Origin: Candidatus Altimarinota bacterium
Lineage (GTDB): Bacteria; Patescibacteriota; Gracilibacteria; UBA4473
Assembly: GCA_965231215.1 (NCBI GenBank)
Contig: OZ246423.1
Span: 128,001-192,000, forward strand
Direction of reading: 5' to 3'
Length of the DNA: 64,000 nt
Below the pieces are notes generated by a model. That model saw nothing but the letters and a program-made list of their open reading frames with translations, was not told the DNA's origin and searched no databases. Shown piece after piece: positions 39,822 to 48,719 of the stretch (its first letter is position 1; every line of letters starts with the position of its first letter). The position numbers and the translations under genes were made by a program.

Positions 39822-40277
39822 TTATGACTGTTCAAATTCAGATACTTTGTCTAACCGTCTTTGATGACGCCCGCCTTCAAATTCAGTTAAGAGCCATAAT
39901 TTAACCGCTTCACTTGCAAAATCTGGACTCACAAACCGAGCTCCAAAAGAAAGTACATTAGCATTATTGTGAGTTCGAGAAAGTTCTACCAAATCCATAT
40001 TCTCAGTATTAATCACAGCCGCACGAATACCTTTAACTTTGTTAGCCGCCAGGGCTTCCCCCTGACCAGAACCTCCAAAGACAATGCCCATAGCGTCCTT
40101 GGTCTCAATTACTTTTTGAGCTGTCGGGATTATAAAATCTGGATAATCACAGCTTTCTGGACTCTCGCATCCCATGTCTACAACTTCGTGCCCTTCAAAA
40201 ACTAAAACATCCCTGATAACTTCCTTGAGTTCATATCCCGCATGATCAGTTCCTAAAAATATCTTCATCGCGCGCAT
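39822..40277 (-). CDS. rpiB: Ribose-5-phosphate isomerase B
   Basis: DHAG, DYPD, GGSGQGE, HNNAN, GGRHQRR. Confidence 0.95.
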   Translation of the reverse strand: MRAMKIFLGTDHAGYELKEVIRDVLVFEGHEVVDMGCESPESCDYPDFIIPTAQKVIETKDAMGIVFGGSGQGEALAANKVKGIRAAVINTENMDLVELSRTHNNANVLSFGARFVSPDFASEAVKLWLLTEFEGGRHQRRLDKVSEFEQS

Positions 40278-40278
40278 T

Positions 40279-41406
40279 CTAAATATGTTTCTCCAAAAAC
40301 TGAATTAAATTTGTCTGAAAATTTTTCACACTAAATTTTTCGGCTCTGCGTTTTATTTTTTTTGAACTAAATTTTTGCTCAATTTTAATAAATTTATCAA
40401 GAGCCTTTTGCAGCGATTTGGGCGTTTGTGAGGTAAAAAACAATCCTGTATCGGAGGTAACTGACTCTGTCACACCGCCTTTCCCATACCCTATAACTGG
40501 CACTCCTGCGGCCATTGCTTCGACAGGCGTAAGTCCAAAATCTTCTTCGGCTGGGAACACAAAACCTCTCGCTCCTGCATATAAATCAGGCAACTCTTTA
40601 TCTGCTACAAATCCCAAAAACTCAATATTATCAACCCCTTCAGCTAAAGCTTTGCAACGTTTAAGTTCTGGTCCAATCCCGGCTAATTTGAGGGGTAAGC
40701 CATTTTTTTTAAAGGTTTCGATAAGCAGATCAAACTTCTTGTAAGGAATAAATCGTCCGAGAGCTAAAAAATAAGTTTTTTCCCTAGGCGGTTTCGATTT
40801 CAAAAATTTTTCTATGTCCGTACACGGATAAATAGTGGTAGATTCACGGTCATAGTATTTTTTAATTCGCTGACCTATAAAATCAGAATTACTAATAAAA
40901 TAATCTATAGCTTTTGCTGCAGCTAGATCTTTTGGGGTTACAAAATTTAGTATAAAAGGGAGTACCCACTTAGCAGGTTTTGCCCACCAAGGGAGTGGAT
41001 ATGAGTCAATATACTCATCCCGTGCATGATACAGATATCGAGTTGGACTATGACAGTAACAAATATGGATTTGATTATCCCTAGATTTTTTAACACACTT
41101 TGCAAAGGCCGAACTAGAACTAATAATAATATCCGCCTCACTCAAATCCAAAGCCGCAAAAGCTCCGGGGAAAAACGGAAGCAAAAACTGATGTTTTTTA
41201 CGAAATATAAAAGGAAGTTTTTGAAGCCACGTAGTGCGAATACGATCTTCGTATTTTTTAAGTGCGGGGATAGCCCCGCTGCTGTACACCGAAGTATAAA
41301 TCAAAGCTTTCGGAAACATCTCAGCCAAAGCTACAATAACCTGCTCTGCTCCGCCTTGGTTCGTCAACCAATCAGCAATAATTACAACTTTTTTATCTTT
41401 TAACAT
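40279..41406 (-). CDS. Glycosyltransferase family 4
   Basis: GGAEQV, YCHSPTRY, EEDFGLTPVEAMAAG; ATG 41406. Confidence 0.93.
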   Translation of the reverse strand: MLKDKKVVIIADWLTNQGGAEQVIVALAEMFPKALIYTSVYSSGAIPALKKYEDRIRTTWLQKLPFIFRKKHQFLLPFFPGAFAALDLSEADIIISSSSAFAKCVKKSRDNQIHICYCHSPTRYLYHARDEYIDSYPLPWWAKPAKWVLPFILNFVTPKDLAAAKAIDYFISNSDFIGQRIKKYYDRESTTIYPCTDIEKFLKSKPPREKTYFLALGRFIPYKKFDLLIETFKKNGLPLKLAGIGPELKRCKALAEGVDNIEFLGFVADKELPDLYAGARGFVFPAEEDFGLTPVEAMAAGVPVIGYGKGGVTESVTSDTGLFFTSQTPKSLQKALDKFIKIEQKFSSKKIKRRAEKFSVKNFQTNLIQFLEKHI

Positions 41407-42187
41407 TCGTTTCAACCTTAACTGATTTGGGAGATCTAATCCATGTGATCATAACAAAACTAATAAACATTAAGAGATACCAAGAGCCTATTTTTTCATA
41501 CGAAACTATTCGCCATCCCTCTAGCTGTTCTGGATAAAACCAAGCCGAAGAAAAGGTGCCAACATTTTCGGCCAACCAAATAAATAAAGTAACTAACAAA
41601 AACCCCAAAAGAAGCGGCATCTTATAATAAGTATCGGTTACCTTATAATAGATATGAGTTCTAAAATAGAGATAAAATAGAAAAACAAAAAGTACATATC
41701 GAATATCAGGCAAAAAGTGATGACTAAAAAAGTTTATATACACAAGCACTCCCAAAAGACTCGTCATCCAAATAGCCGGATAACCGATAAATTTAAATTC
41801 AAAAATACGCCATACTCTGGCGAGGTAACTCCCCACTGCCGCATACATAAAACCCGAAAAAAGCGGCACGCCCATAATCCGCATAATGTTTTCTTCCGGG
41901 TAACTCCAAGAGCCTATCCCTTCACTAGTTTTGAATATCTCCATACAGGTTCCCACAAGGTGAAACAAAAAAATAATTTTAGCTTCTTCAAAGGTTTCTA
42001 ACTTAAACAACAGCAAACAAACCTGAGTACACACCGCCACCAAAAATAAAAAATCATACCGTGAAAGAGATTCCAGTGGATAGTAAAAACCCGTTACCAA
42101 AATAAAGAACAAAAGTATCCCTCCAAACACACAGGCCCACGCTTGCTTTAATCCAAAAATCCAAAAATCGTACATTAATTTCTTCAT
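41393..42187 (-). CDS. DUF817 family membrane protein
   Basis: KQAWAC.FG, GVPLFSGFMYAAVGSY, IWLAEN motifs. Confidence 0.85.
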   Translation of the reverse strand: MKKLMYDFWIFGLKQAWACVFGGILLFFILVTGFYYPLESLSRYDFLFLVAVCTQVCLLLFKLETFEEAKIIFLFHLVGTCMEIFKTSEGIGSWSYPEENIMRIMGVPLFSGFMYAAVGSYLARVWRIFEFKFIGYPAIWMTSLLGVLVYINFFSHHFLPDIRYVLFVFLFYLYFRTHIYYKVTDTYYKMPLLLGFLLVTLFIWLAENVGTFSSAWFYPEQLEGWRIVSYEKIGSWYLLMFISFVMITWIRSPKSVKVETNVKR

Positions 42188-42285
42188 TCAAGATTCATAT
42201 TGAGGGATGAAAAAATTTCATAAACTAAGTATAGAAAGGAGATAATACAAAAATCAGTATCCTTAAAAGATTGTGGAATTTAGGA

Positions 42286-42314
42286 TTGAAAATCAAGGCA
42301 ATTTCGGCTATAAT
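42286..42314 (+). promoter_or_regulatory. Sigma70-type promoter
   Basis: TTGAAA-17 nt-TATAAT upstream of the 42351 micro-ORF. Confidence 0.7.
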
Positions 42315-42350
42315 GATCTAATTATTTTTTAAACACCCAAAAAAACAAAA

Positions 42351-42506
42351 ATGAAAACAAAAGTACTCGCCCTCACCGAACTCTGGTCTGACTTCTTTAT
42401 TGCCGCAGGTATTGTAGCGCTGTCAGGCGTGCTTGGATTTTATGCTCGAGAGTTCGCGCTGATGACACAAGCGAGTCTATTTATTGGTGACTGGGGTGTT
42501 TTTTAA
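42351..42506 (+). CDS. 51 aa single-TM micro-protein (not in ORF track)
   Basis: MKTKVLALTELWSDFFIAAGIVALSGVLGFYAREFALMTQASLFIGDWGVF; GC-richer than flanks; own promoter. Confidence 0.72.
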   Translation: MKTKVLALTELWSDFFIAAGIVALSGVLGFYAREFALMTQASLFIGDWGVF

Positions 42507-42571
42507 AAAACCATAAAAACCAAAATTTAAATTAAGGGATCAAGAATCTAAAAACTGAACAAAATTTGTGT

Positions 42572-43756
42572 TCAGTTTTTTTGTTTCAACCTTTTAACCG
42601 CCTCAATTTTCCACTTTTCAAAACTCCCTTCTAGAATTTTTTCTCTCATGGTTCGCATTAAATCATGATAAAAATACAAATTATGAAGCGTCACTAACCG
42701 GCTGCCTAATGCTTCTCCTACCTTAATTAAATGGTGTATATACCCACGGCTATACCCTCCAACACAAGCCGGACATCCACAATTTGGGGCCATGGGGTTT
42801 TTATCCAACGCGTATTTTTCATTACTAATTCGAACCTGACCATTCCAGGTATAGACCGTTCCATGTCGAGCATTACGTGACGGGTAAACACAATCAAACA
42901 TATCAATCCCCCGACTTACCGCTTCAATCAAATCTATCGGACTTCCAACTCCCATTAAATACCGCGGTTTGGGCTTCGGCAATTTATGGGCAATTTCATC
43001 CAGTACTTTATACATAGCTTCAGGCGGTTCTCCTACCGCTAAACCCCCCATAGCAAAGCCATCAAAAGGAAGGGCCGTAATTTCGGCTAAAGATTTTTCT
43101 CTTAGATCCGGAAAGGTGCCTCCCTGAACAATTCCAAAAATTTGAGGTCTTTTAGTAGCTGGAAGATTTAACGGATATTTTTTTTGATGCACATCTAGAG
43201 AAATTTTGGCCCATTCAGTCGTACGCTCTACAGCTTTACGCACTTTAAAATAAAGATTTCTTTCTTGTTTTTTTAGATCCCCATCAGGATTGAAGTTGGG
43301 CAATCGACTCGGCGGACATTCATCAAAAGCCATAATCATATCCGCACCAAGAGCGTGCTGAATCTCAATAGAGCGCTTGGCATCTATAAAAATTCTTTTC
43401 CCATCTATGTGAGAATTAAACCACACCCCTGTATCTGTAATCTTTTTCCGTTTGATAGAAAACACCTGATATCCACCACTGTCGGTGAGAATAGGTTTAT
43501 CACATTTCATAAAATCATGTAACCCTCCCATTTGCGCTACTACGGATTCACCAGGTTTAAGGTGCAAGTGGTAGGTGTTGGCCAAAACCACTGGGGCTTG
43601 CACATCATCCAAATCCTCCATACTCACGCCAGCCTTAATCGCCGCTCGAGTAGCCACCGACATAAAAAATGGAGTCTGGATATCCCCGGCTCGAGTTTTT
43701 AAAATTCCCGCACGAGCTTTCCCTGAAGTCTTTTGTAAATTAAAATTTTCGCCCAT
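42572..43756 (-). CDS. tgt: tRNA-guanine(34) transglycosylase
   Basis: NTYHL, TDSGGYQ, FDEC, GGLAVGE, DMFDCV, CGCPAC. Confidence 0.97.
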   Translation of the reverse strand: MGENFNLQKTSGKARAGILKTRAGDIQTPFFMSVATRAAIKAGVSMEDLDDVQAPVVLANTYHLHLKPGESVVAQMGGLHDFMKCDKPILTDSGGYQVFSIKRKKITDTGVWFNSHIDGKRIFIDAKRSIEIQHALGADMIMAFDECPPSRLPNFNPDGDLKKQERNLYFKVRKAVERTTEWAKISLDVHQKKYPLNLPATKRPQIFGIVQGGTFPDLREKSLAEITALPFDGFAMGGLAVGEPPEAMYKVLDEIAHKLPKPKPRYLMGVGSPIDLIEAVSRGIDMFDCVYPSRNARHGTVYTWNGQVRISNEKYALDKNPMAPNCGCPACVGGYSRGYIHHLIKVGEALGSRLVTLHNLYFYHDLMRTMREKILEGSFEKWKIEAVKRLKQKN

Positions 43757-43892
43757 AAATATTTTTTAAAGATACTTAACCATCACGAAATGAAATTTTT
43801 TTCTATAACTTGACACTCATTATAACAACGCAATAAGCTTAATGTTTGAGCCTCATTATCAGTTGTAGGAAGCATATTTAAATTCATAATCT

Positions 43893-44363
43893 TTACTTAA
43901 GACAATTAGTAACTTCCCTAATAATGTCAAAATCAAATCCTCTTCCAGCCAGGTAGTGGGATAACTTTGCACGCATTTCAAAGTCTGAAATATGAGGATA
44001 TTTTTTTTGAATCTGAGTTCGTTTTTTGTCCGCTAATCTTTGGGCTTGTTCTAGAGTATCCCCTCCACTAATAACTTCATCACATTTACGTTTAGCCAAA
44101 TGAGGGTCAATCCCTTTCTGTAAAAGTTTCTGATAAATTTTTTGAGATCCATTCCCCTTCTGAACCTGAGACTTAATAAATAAATCACAAAATCTATCAT
44201 CATCTAGATATTTTTTTTGAATAAATTTTTTGATCAAAATTTCAATTTCCTCAAATTCATCTTCAAAGTGTTCTTGGCATTTTTTTTGTAGCCCAGCAAC
44301 AGAGTATTCTCGTGTTCCCAAGAGCCAGAGAGCATATGCTTCTAGTGTCTTTTTTTTACGCAT
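43893..44363 (-). CDS. recX: Regulatory protein RecX
   Basis: LL..REYS, YLDDDRF, KL.QKGI, YLAGRGF. Confidence 0.85.
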   Translation of the reverse strand: MRKKKTLEAYALWLLGTREYSVAGLQKKCQEHFEDEFEEIEILIKKFIQKKYLDDDRFCDLFIKSQVQKGNGSQKIYQKLLQKGIDPHLAKRKCDEVISGGDTLEQAQRLADKKRTQIQKKYPHISDFEMRAKLSHYLAGRGFDFDIIREVTNCLK

Positions 44364-44453
44364 CCCATTAATAATATTGGTTTTAATTCCTTTTGAGGAG
44401 ATTTTTTCATAAAACCTTAAAAAGTTTTATAAAAATTTCTTCGCAGGGAGGCC

Positions 44454-44560
44454 TTTTTTGATTCGTTTTTTGGCCACGCAAAAAAGGAATAAAATAAATT
44501 TATAGAACTAGATTGCCAACGCTATTGTAAAATAAAATTTCAACTTCGCTCGCAATCACA
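44454..44560. repeat. Degenerate REP-like palindromes
   Basis: ATTCGTTTTTTG-GCCACG-CAAAAAAGGAAT and GATTGC...CTTCGCTCGCAATC. Confidence 0.45.
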
Positions 44561-44565
44561 CAAAT

Positions 44566-44594
44566 AAAAAAGCCCCGCAATAGCGAGACTTTTT
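44566..44594 (-). terminator. Intrinsic terminator
   Basis: AAAAAAGCCCCGC-AATA-GCGAGACTTTTT. Confidence 0.7.
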
Positions 44595-44619
44595 AGTCCT
44601 CCTCTCCCCAGAGAAAGTC

Positions 44620-45261
44620 TTAATTAACAACCGTAAAGTTTTCTGTCATGCCTCGTTCGTAATCTTGTCTTCGTTTAGAGAAAGTTTCGTACTCACCAGC
44701 TCTTAGTTTAACCGTGAAAGTTTGAGTGTCTCCAGGACTAATCTTCCCAAGAGTTCCAAGTCCATCAATCGCAAAATCATGAGTAAAGCGTCCATCATTT
44801 TGAACTTGAAAGTTCACCGTCCCAGCTGGAATAGTCCGAACAGATAGATCAATATTCCATTCGTACAAGTAGACTTTAACATCTGTAATTCGATTAGGGG
44901 CTACCGGGGTTCGCACTACCGGCGCTTGAGTTACTGAAGGCGTAACGGTTGTTGGAGTTTCAGTTACGGGCGTTTCTTCTTGGTCTGTTTCAGCTGGGGT
45001 TTCGGGAGTCACTGTTTCTGTTTCAATTTCAGTTTCAGGCTCAGCGGTTATTTCTTCAGTTTCGGCCGATGTGTCAGTTGCTTCCTCATCGGCTGCTTCT
45101 GACTCAGTATCAGTATCTTCTTCCGTATTTTCCGTTTCTTCCAAAACTTCAACGGCTTCTGTGTTTGCTTCCTCTTGTACTTCAGAGGCATTATCTTTGT
45201 GAGTAAGCCACCAAAAAACGCCGAACAGGAATAAAACTAAAACCAAAACTCTTTTAAACAT
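44620..45261 (-). CDS. Membrane-anchored protein with E/T-rich stalk and cupredoxin-like C-terminal domain
   Basis: AGTVNFQVQNDG..HDF, PGDTQTF, GEYE, GM motifs; canonical Cys/His copper ligands missing. Confidence 0.75.
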   Translation of the reverse strand: MFKRVLVLVLFLFGVFWWLTHKDNASEVQEEANTEAVEVLEETENTEEDTDTESEAADEEATDTSAETEEITAEPETEIETETVTPETPAETDQEETPVTETPTTVTPSVTQAPVVRTPVAPNRITDVKVYLYEWNIDLSVRTIPAGTVNFQVQNDGRFTHDFAIDGLGTLGKISPGDTQTFTVKLRAGEYETFSKRRQDYERGMTENFTVVN

Positions 45262-45341
45262 ATTGTGTGGGTTGATAAATTCTTAACGGACGTGATGCTA
45301 AAACAATTTCCCAAAGCGTGCAAATTATTTTTTAATAATTT

Positions 45342-45797
45342 TTAGGCCTTATGAAAATTTTTACCTCCAGCTATTTCAAGTGCCCTATATATCTGCTCCT
45401 CCAACATAAGTCGTGCTAAATTTTTAGTCCATACCATGGCCCCAAAAGACAGTTTCAGATTAGCTCTTTCTAGCAAAGATTGATCAAGTCCATGCGCCCC
45501 TCCAATCACAAAATTTATTTCTTTCTTCGCTTCTAGGGTTGCTTTAAACCATTGAGAAAAACTATTTGAGTCGTAAGTTTTGCCTCTTTCATCTAGGACT
45601 ACCAAAAAGTCCTGATCCGTGATTTTTGACAAAAGGGATTGAGCTTCTTTTTGTTTCGCTACCTTTGCCTCTTTAATGCCGGCTTGAGGTAAAGCGATAG
45701 TTTCAATTTGAAGACTAAAACCAATACGCTTTAGATACACAGCTTCCAAATCAATTTTGTCAGATTTTTTACCAAAAAAATAGATTTTGATTTTCAT
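45342..45797 (-). CDS. rlmH: 23S rRNA m3psi1915 methyltransferase
   Basis: LDERGK, FVIGGAHG, LSFG, EQIYRA. Confidence 0.95.
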   Translation of the reverse strand: MKIKIYFFGKKSDKIDLEAVYLKRIGFSLQIETIALPQAGIKEAKVAKQKEAQSLLSKITDQDFLVVLDERGKTYDSNSFSQWFKATLEAKKEINFVIGGAHGLDQSLLERANLKLSFGAMVWTKNLARLMLEEQIYRALEIAGGKNFHKA

Positions 45798-45829
45798 ACT
45801 CAGCCAGCTTAGAATAAGAGCAAATAAAA

Positions 45830-46333
45830 ATGAAATATTTATCTCTCGCTTTCATCTTGCTCCTGGTCGGTTGTGGTGGGGCTAAAACGCTTAATACCAA
45901 GTACATTGATGACAAATTTAGTTTTGGAGATCAGGCTTGGCAGGTAAAACTCCCCATAGACTGGAGAAAACTCCCTCTGGAAGCCGATGTGATTTATATG
46001 GCGAGAAAATCTGATGAAAATTTCGTAATCTTGGAAAGAGAAAAAAAGGAAGTCCCAATTTCTCAACAGATATTAGAAAGTGCAGAAAGTGATTTTTTTC
46101 AGTTTGAAATAGAAGAATTCGCCGCTAATCAATGGAAATTTCAAGGCAAACCAAGAGCCAGCCTCCCCTTGAGAGTATTCTGGCAAAAAGTACATGAAAT
46201 TCCTGGAAGCAATAAATTTCTACTAGGAAGTTGTAGCTACCAAGTAACCAAAAATGAAAGTGCTCAAAATGAATGCGCGGTTATCTTAAACAGCTGGGAA
46301 ATCTACCAAGAACCAGAAGAGAACTCTAACTAA
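45830..46333 (+). CDS. Hypothetical lipoprotein
   Basis: Lipobox LVGC, 167 aa. Confidence 0.75.
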   Translation: MKYLSLAFILLLVGCGGAKTLNTKYIDDKFSFGDQAWQVKLPIDWRKLPLEADVIYMARKSDENFVILEREKKEVPISQQILESAESDFFQFEIEEFAANQWKFQGKPRASLPLRVFWQKVHEIPGSNKFLLGSCSYQVTKNESAQNECAVILNSWEIYQEPEENSN

Positions 46334-46360
46334 AACCAGTATCCTCCCTATTTTTTAAAA

Positions 46361-46448
46361 TGGTGCCCAGGGCGGGAATCGAACCCGCACGGCTGTTTAG
46401 GCCACAGGATTTTAAGTCCTGCGTGTCTACCAATTCCACCACCTGGGC
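46361..46448 (-). tRNA. tRNA-Leu (anticodon UAA)
   Basis: Reverse complement GCCCAGG...CAGGA CTTAAAA TCCTG, long variable arm, GGTTCGATTCC, CCA end. Confidence 0.96.
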
Positions 46449-46453
46449 TTGGT

Positions 46454-46527
46454 TGGAGGCGCCACCCGGGATCGAACCGGGGTACAAGGCTTTGCAGGCC
46501 TCTGCGTAACCACTCCGCCATAGCGCC
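46454..46527 (-). tRNA. tRNA-Cys (anticodon GCA)
   Basis: Reverse complement GGCGCTA...GAGGC CTGCAAA GCCTT...GGTTCGATCCC...GCGCC T CCA. Confidence 0.96.
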
Positions 46528-46663
46528 AATAAAACAAAAATAGCTAGGCGATTCTAGAAATTTTATTTAAAATGTCTATACGAGATTTCCAAAAAAAATA
46601 GCATAGATTTTTTTCAGGAAAAAGTTATAAAATAAAGTTAACCAAGACACACTTAAAATAAAC

Positions 46664-48679
46664 ATGTCATTATCTAAATATATTTTTCAGCTCTCAATCC
46701 TAGTTATAGGGGTTTCTAATCTCGCTTTTGCTCAGATATATTCTGACCTTTTTCTCAGAGAAAGTGATTTAAAAAGCAACACCGATGGACAGTTAATTAT
46801 TGAACAAGGAAAAACCGCTCGAGTGTATCTCCAAACCAATAACCAATCTGCCGAGGATTTTAGAGGATGGGTTACCTTCCGGGATATCCCAACTAAAACC
46901 GTACTTAAAAAAGATTTAAGTATTCACGTCCGGTCTAACAGTGAGGACTTTTTGTGGACAGACATTACCTTTGTAAGTCCTGAAGAATACCAAATTGAAG
47001 CCCTCATTACCGATGTGCCCTGGAATGATGCTGATTTTTGGGCCGAAAGAGCCACTCTCAAAATCGTGAATGATATAGATTCAGATAATGATGGCCTCTT
47101 TAATATAGAAGACCCTGATGACGATAATGACGGAACACCCGATACCATTGATGCTTTTCCGCTGGATCCAACAGAGTCTCTGGATAGTGATGGCGATGGT
47201 CAAGGAAATAATGCTGACGGGGACGATGATAATGATGGGCTGTTTGACAAAGAAGAAACAGAAAAATTAGGAACAGATCCTACTAAAAGAGATACCGATG
47301 GTGACGGTGTTGGAGATAAGGAAGACGACCTTCCACTTGATCCAACAGAAACCACTGATACAGACAGTGATGGGCAAGGTGACAACACTGACCCCGATGA
47401 TGACAATGATGGGCTCAGTGATATTGATGAGGCCAGTATCGGAACCGATAGCCTTAAAGCCGATTCAGATGAAGATGGCACAAGTGACTCACTTGACTCA
47501 TTTCCTTTAGACCCCACAGAAAGTGTGGACACTGACAACGACGGAATTGGAGACAATGCCGATACTGACGACGATAATGATGGTATCTCCGATGTAGACG
47601 AAATCTCTATTGGCACGAACCCCAATTACAAAGATACTGATGGAGATGGCGTTGAAGACTCACTGGATAAATTCCCATTCAATGCCTATGAATCTGGAGA
47701 TCACGATAATGATGGCCTCGGAAATAATGTAGACAAAGATGATGATAATGATGGCCTCTATGATGAAAAAGAAAAAGACTATGGAACAGACTTTCTCAAC
47801 CCTGATACCGATGGTGATGGTATCACCGATGGGGACGAAGTAAAACTCGGGCTTGACCCCACCAGTCGTGACACAGACGGGGATGGCGTGTGGGACAAGC
47901 AAGACGCTCTACCACTAGACCCTAGAGATAGTACTAACTTTGATGGCACAGGACTAGGAGACAATCTTGACCCAGATGATGATAATGATGGAGTTTCGGA
48001 TAGAGATGAAAAAGAATTGGGTACTAATCCAAAAAATGCCGACACCGATGGGGATGGCCTGAGTGATAGTGCTGAAATTCAAATCGGAACCGATCCCCTC
48101 GCCTATGATTCTGACGGAGATGGCCTTGATGATCAATTTGAGCATGCGATTGGCTCTAATCCCTTAATTGCTGATTCTGATGAGGATGGGGTTAATGACA
48201 GAGATGAGTGGATGGCCAAAACCTTTCCCATAAATCAACCGGCTTTTATCGTAGATGAAAAAGGTAAGCGAGTTACTTTTGTAAAAGATGGGCAACTCCA
48301 ACCAGAAGGCCTCAAGGTAAACCGAGAACAAATGAAGATCACGGTAGAAGGATCAGACCAACCACAACACACTCAAACCGAATGGTGGTTTAACGGTGTA
48401 AAATCAGCCAAAGGGCATTACAGACTCCCCTTCTATAAACCTTTCGGAAGAATCCATGTAGTAGAGAAAATTACTAAAGGCCCACACCTACAAACCGTAA
48501 AAGAATACCACCTATGGATGCTCAGTCCCTGGTGGTTCGCTTTAAGCTGTTTGGGGATTATCTGGTTTATGTTCTTGAGTCCTTACGGAATAGCCGCACA
48601 CATGCCGACAAAAAAGAAAAAAACTAAAAAACCCATCAAGAAAGTTGCTAAGCGGAAAACCACACGGAAGAAAAAGTAA
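46664..48679 (+). CDS. Secreted Ca-binding thrombospondin type 3 repeat protein with C-terminal TM and Lys-rich tail
   Basis: Many DxDxDG / DDDNDG / FPLDPTE / GTDP repeats. Confidence 0.9.
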   Translation: MSLSKYIFQLSILVIGVSNLAFAQIYSDLFLRESDLKSNTDGQLIIEQGKTARVYLQTNNQSAEDFRGWVTFRDIPTKTVLKKDLSIHVRSNSEDFLWTDITFVSPEEYQIEALITDVPWNDADFWAERATLKIVNDIDSDNDGLFNIEDPDDDNDGTPDTIDAFPLDPTESLDSDGDGQGNNADGDDDNDGLFDKEETEKLGTDPTKRDTDGDGVGDKEDDLPLDPTETTDTDSDGQGDNTDPDDDNDGLSDIDEASIGTDSLKADSDEDGTSDSLDSFPLDPTESVDTDNDGIGDNADTDDDNDGISDVDEISIGTNPNYKDTDGDGVEDSLDKFPFNAYESGDHDNDGLGNNVDKDDDNDGLYDEKEKDYGTDFLNPDTDGDGITDGDEVKLGLDPTSRDTDGDGVWDKQDALPLDPRDSTNFDGTGLGDNLDPDDDNDGVSDRDEKELGTNPKNADTDGDGLSDSAEIQIGTDPLAYDSDGDGLDDQFEHAIGSNPLIADSDEDGVNDRDEWMAKTFPINQPAFIVDEKGKRVTFVKDGQLQPEGLKVNREQMKITVEGSDQPQHTQTEWWFNGVKSAKGHYRLPFYKPFGRIHVVEKITKGPHLQTVKEYHLWMLSPWWFALSCLGIIWFMFLSPYGIAAHMPTKKKKTKKPIKKVAKRKTTRKKK

Positions 48680-48719
48680 TTTTTTTAATATTCCAAACGC
48701 ACCATCTGAAATAATCCTT

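Noticed and set aside
46326-46529. 67 aa minus-strand ORF
   Set aside because: It is a translation of the tRNA-Cys and tRNA-Leu genes
47070-48210. Repetitive DNA as a possible CRISPR or tandem array
   Set aside because: Repeats are degenerate at DNA level and explained by TSP3 peptide repeats
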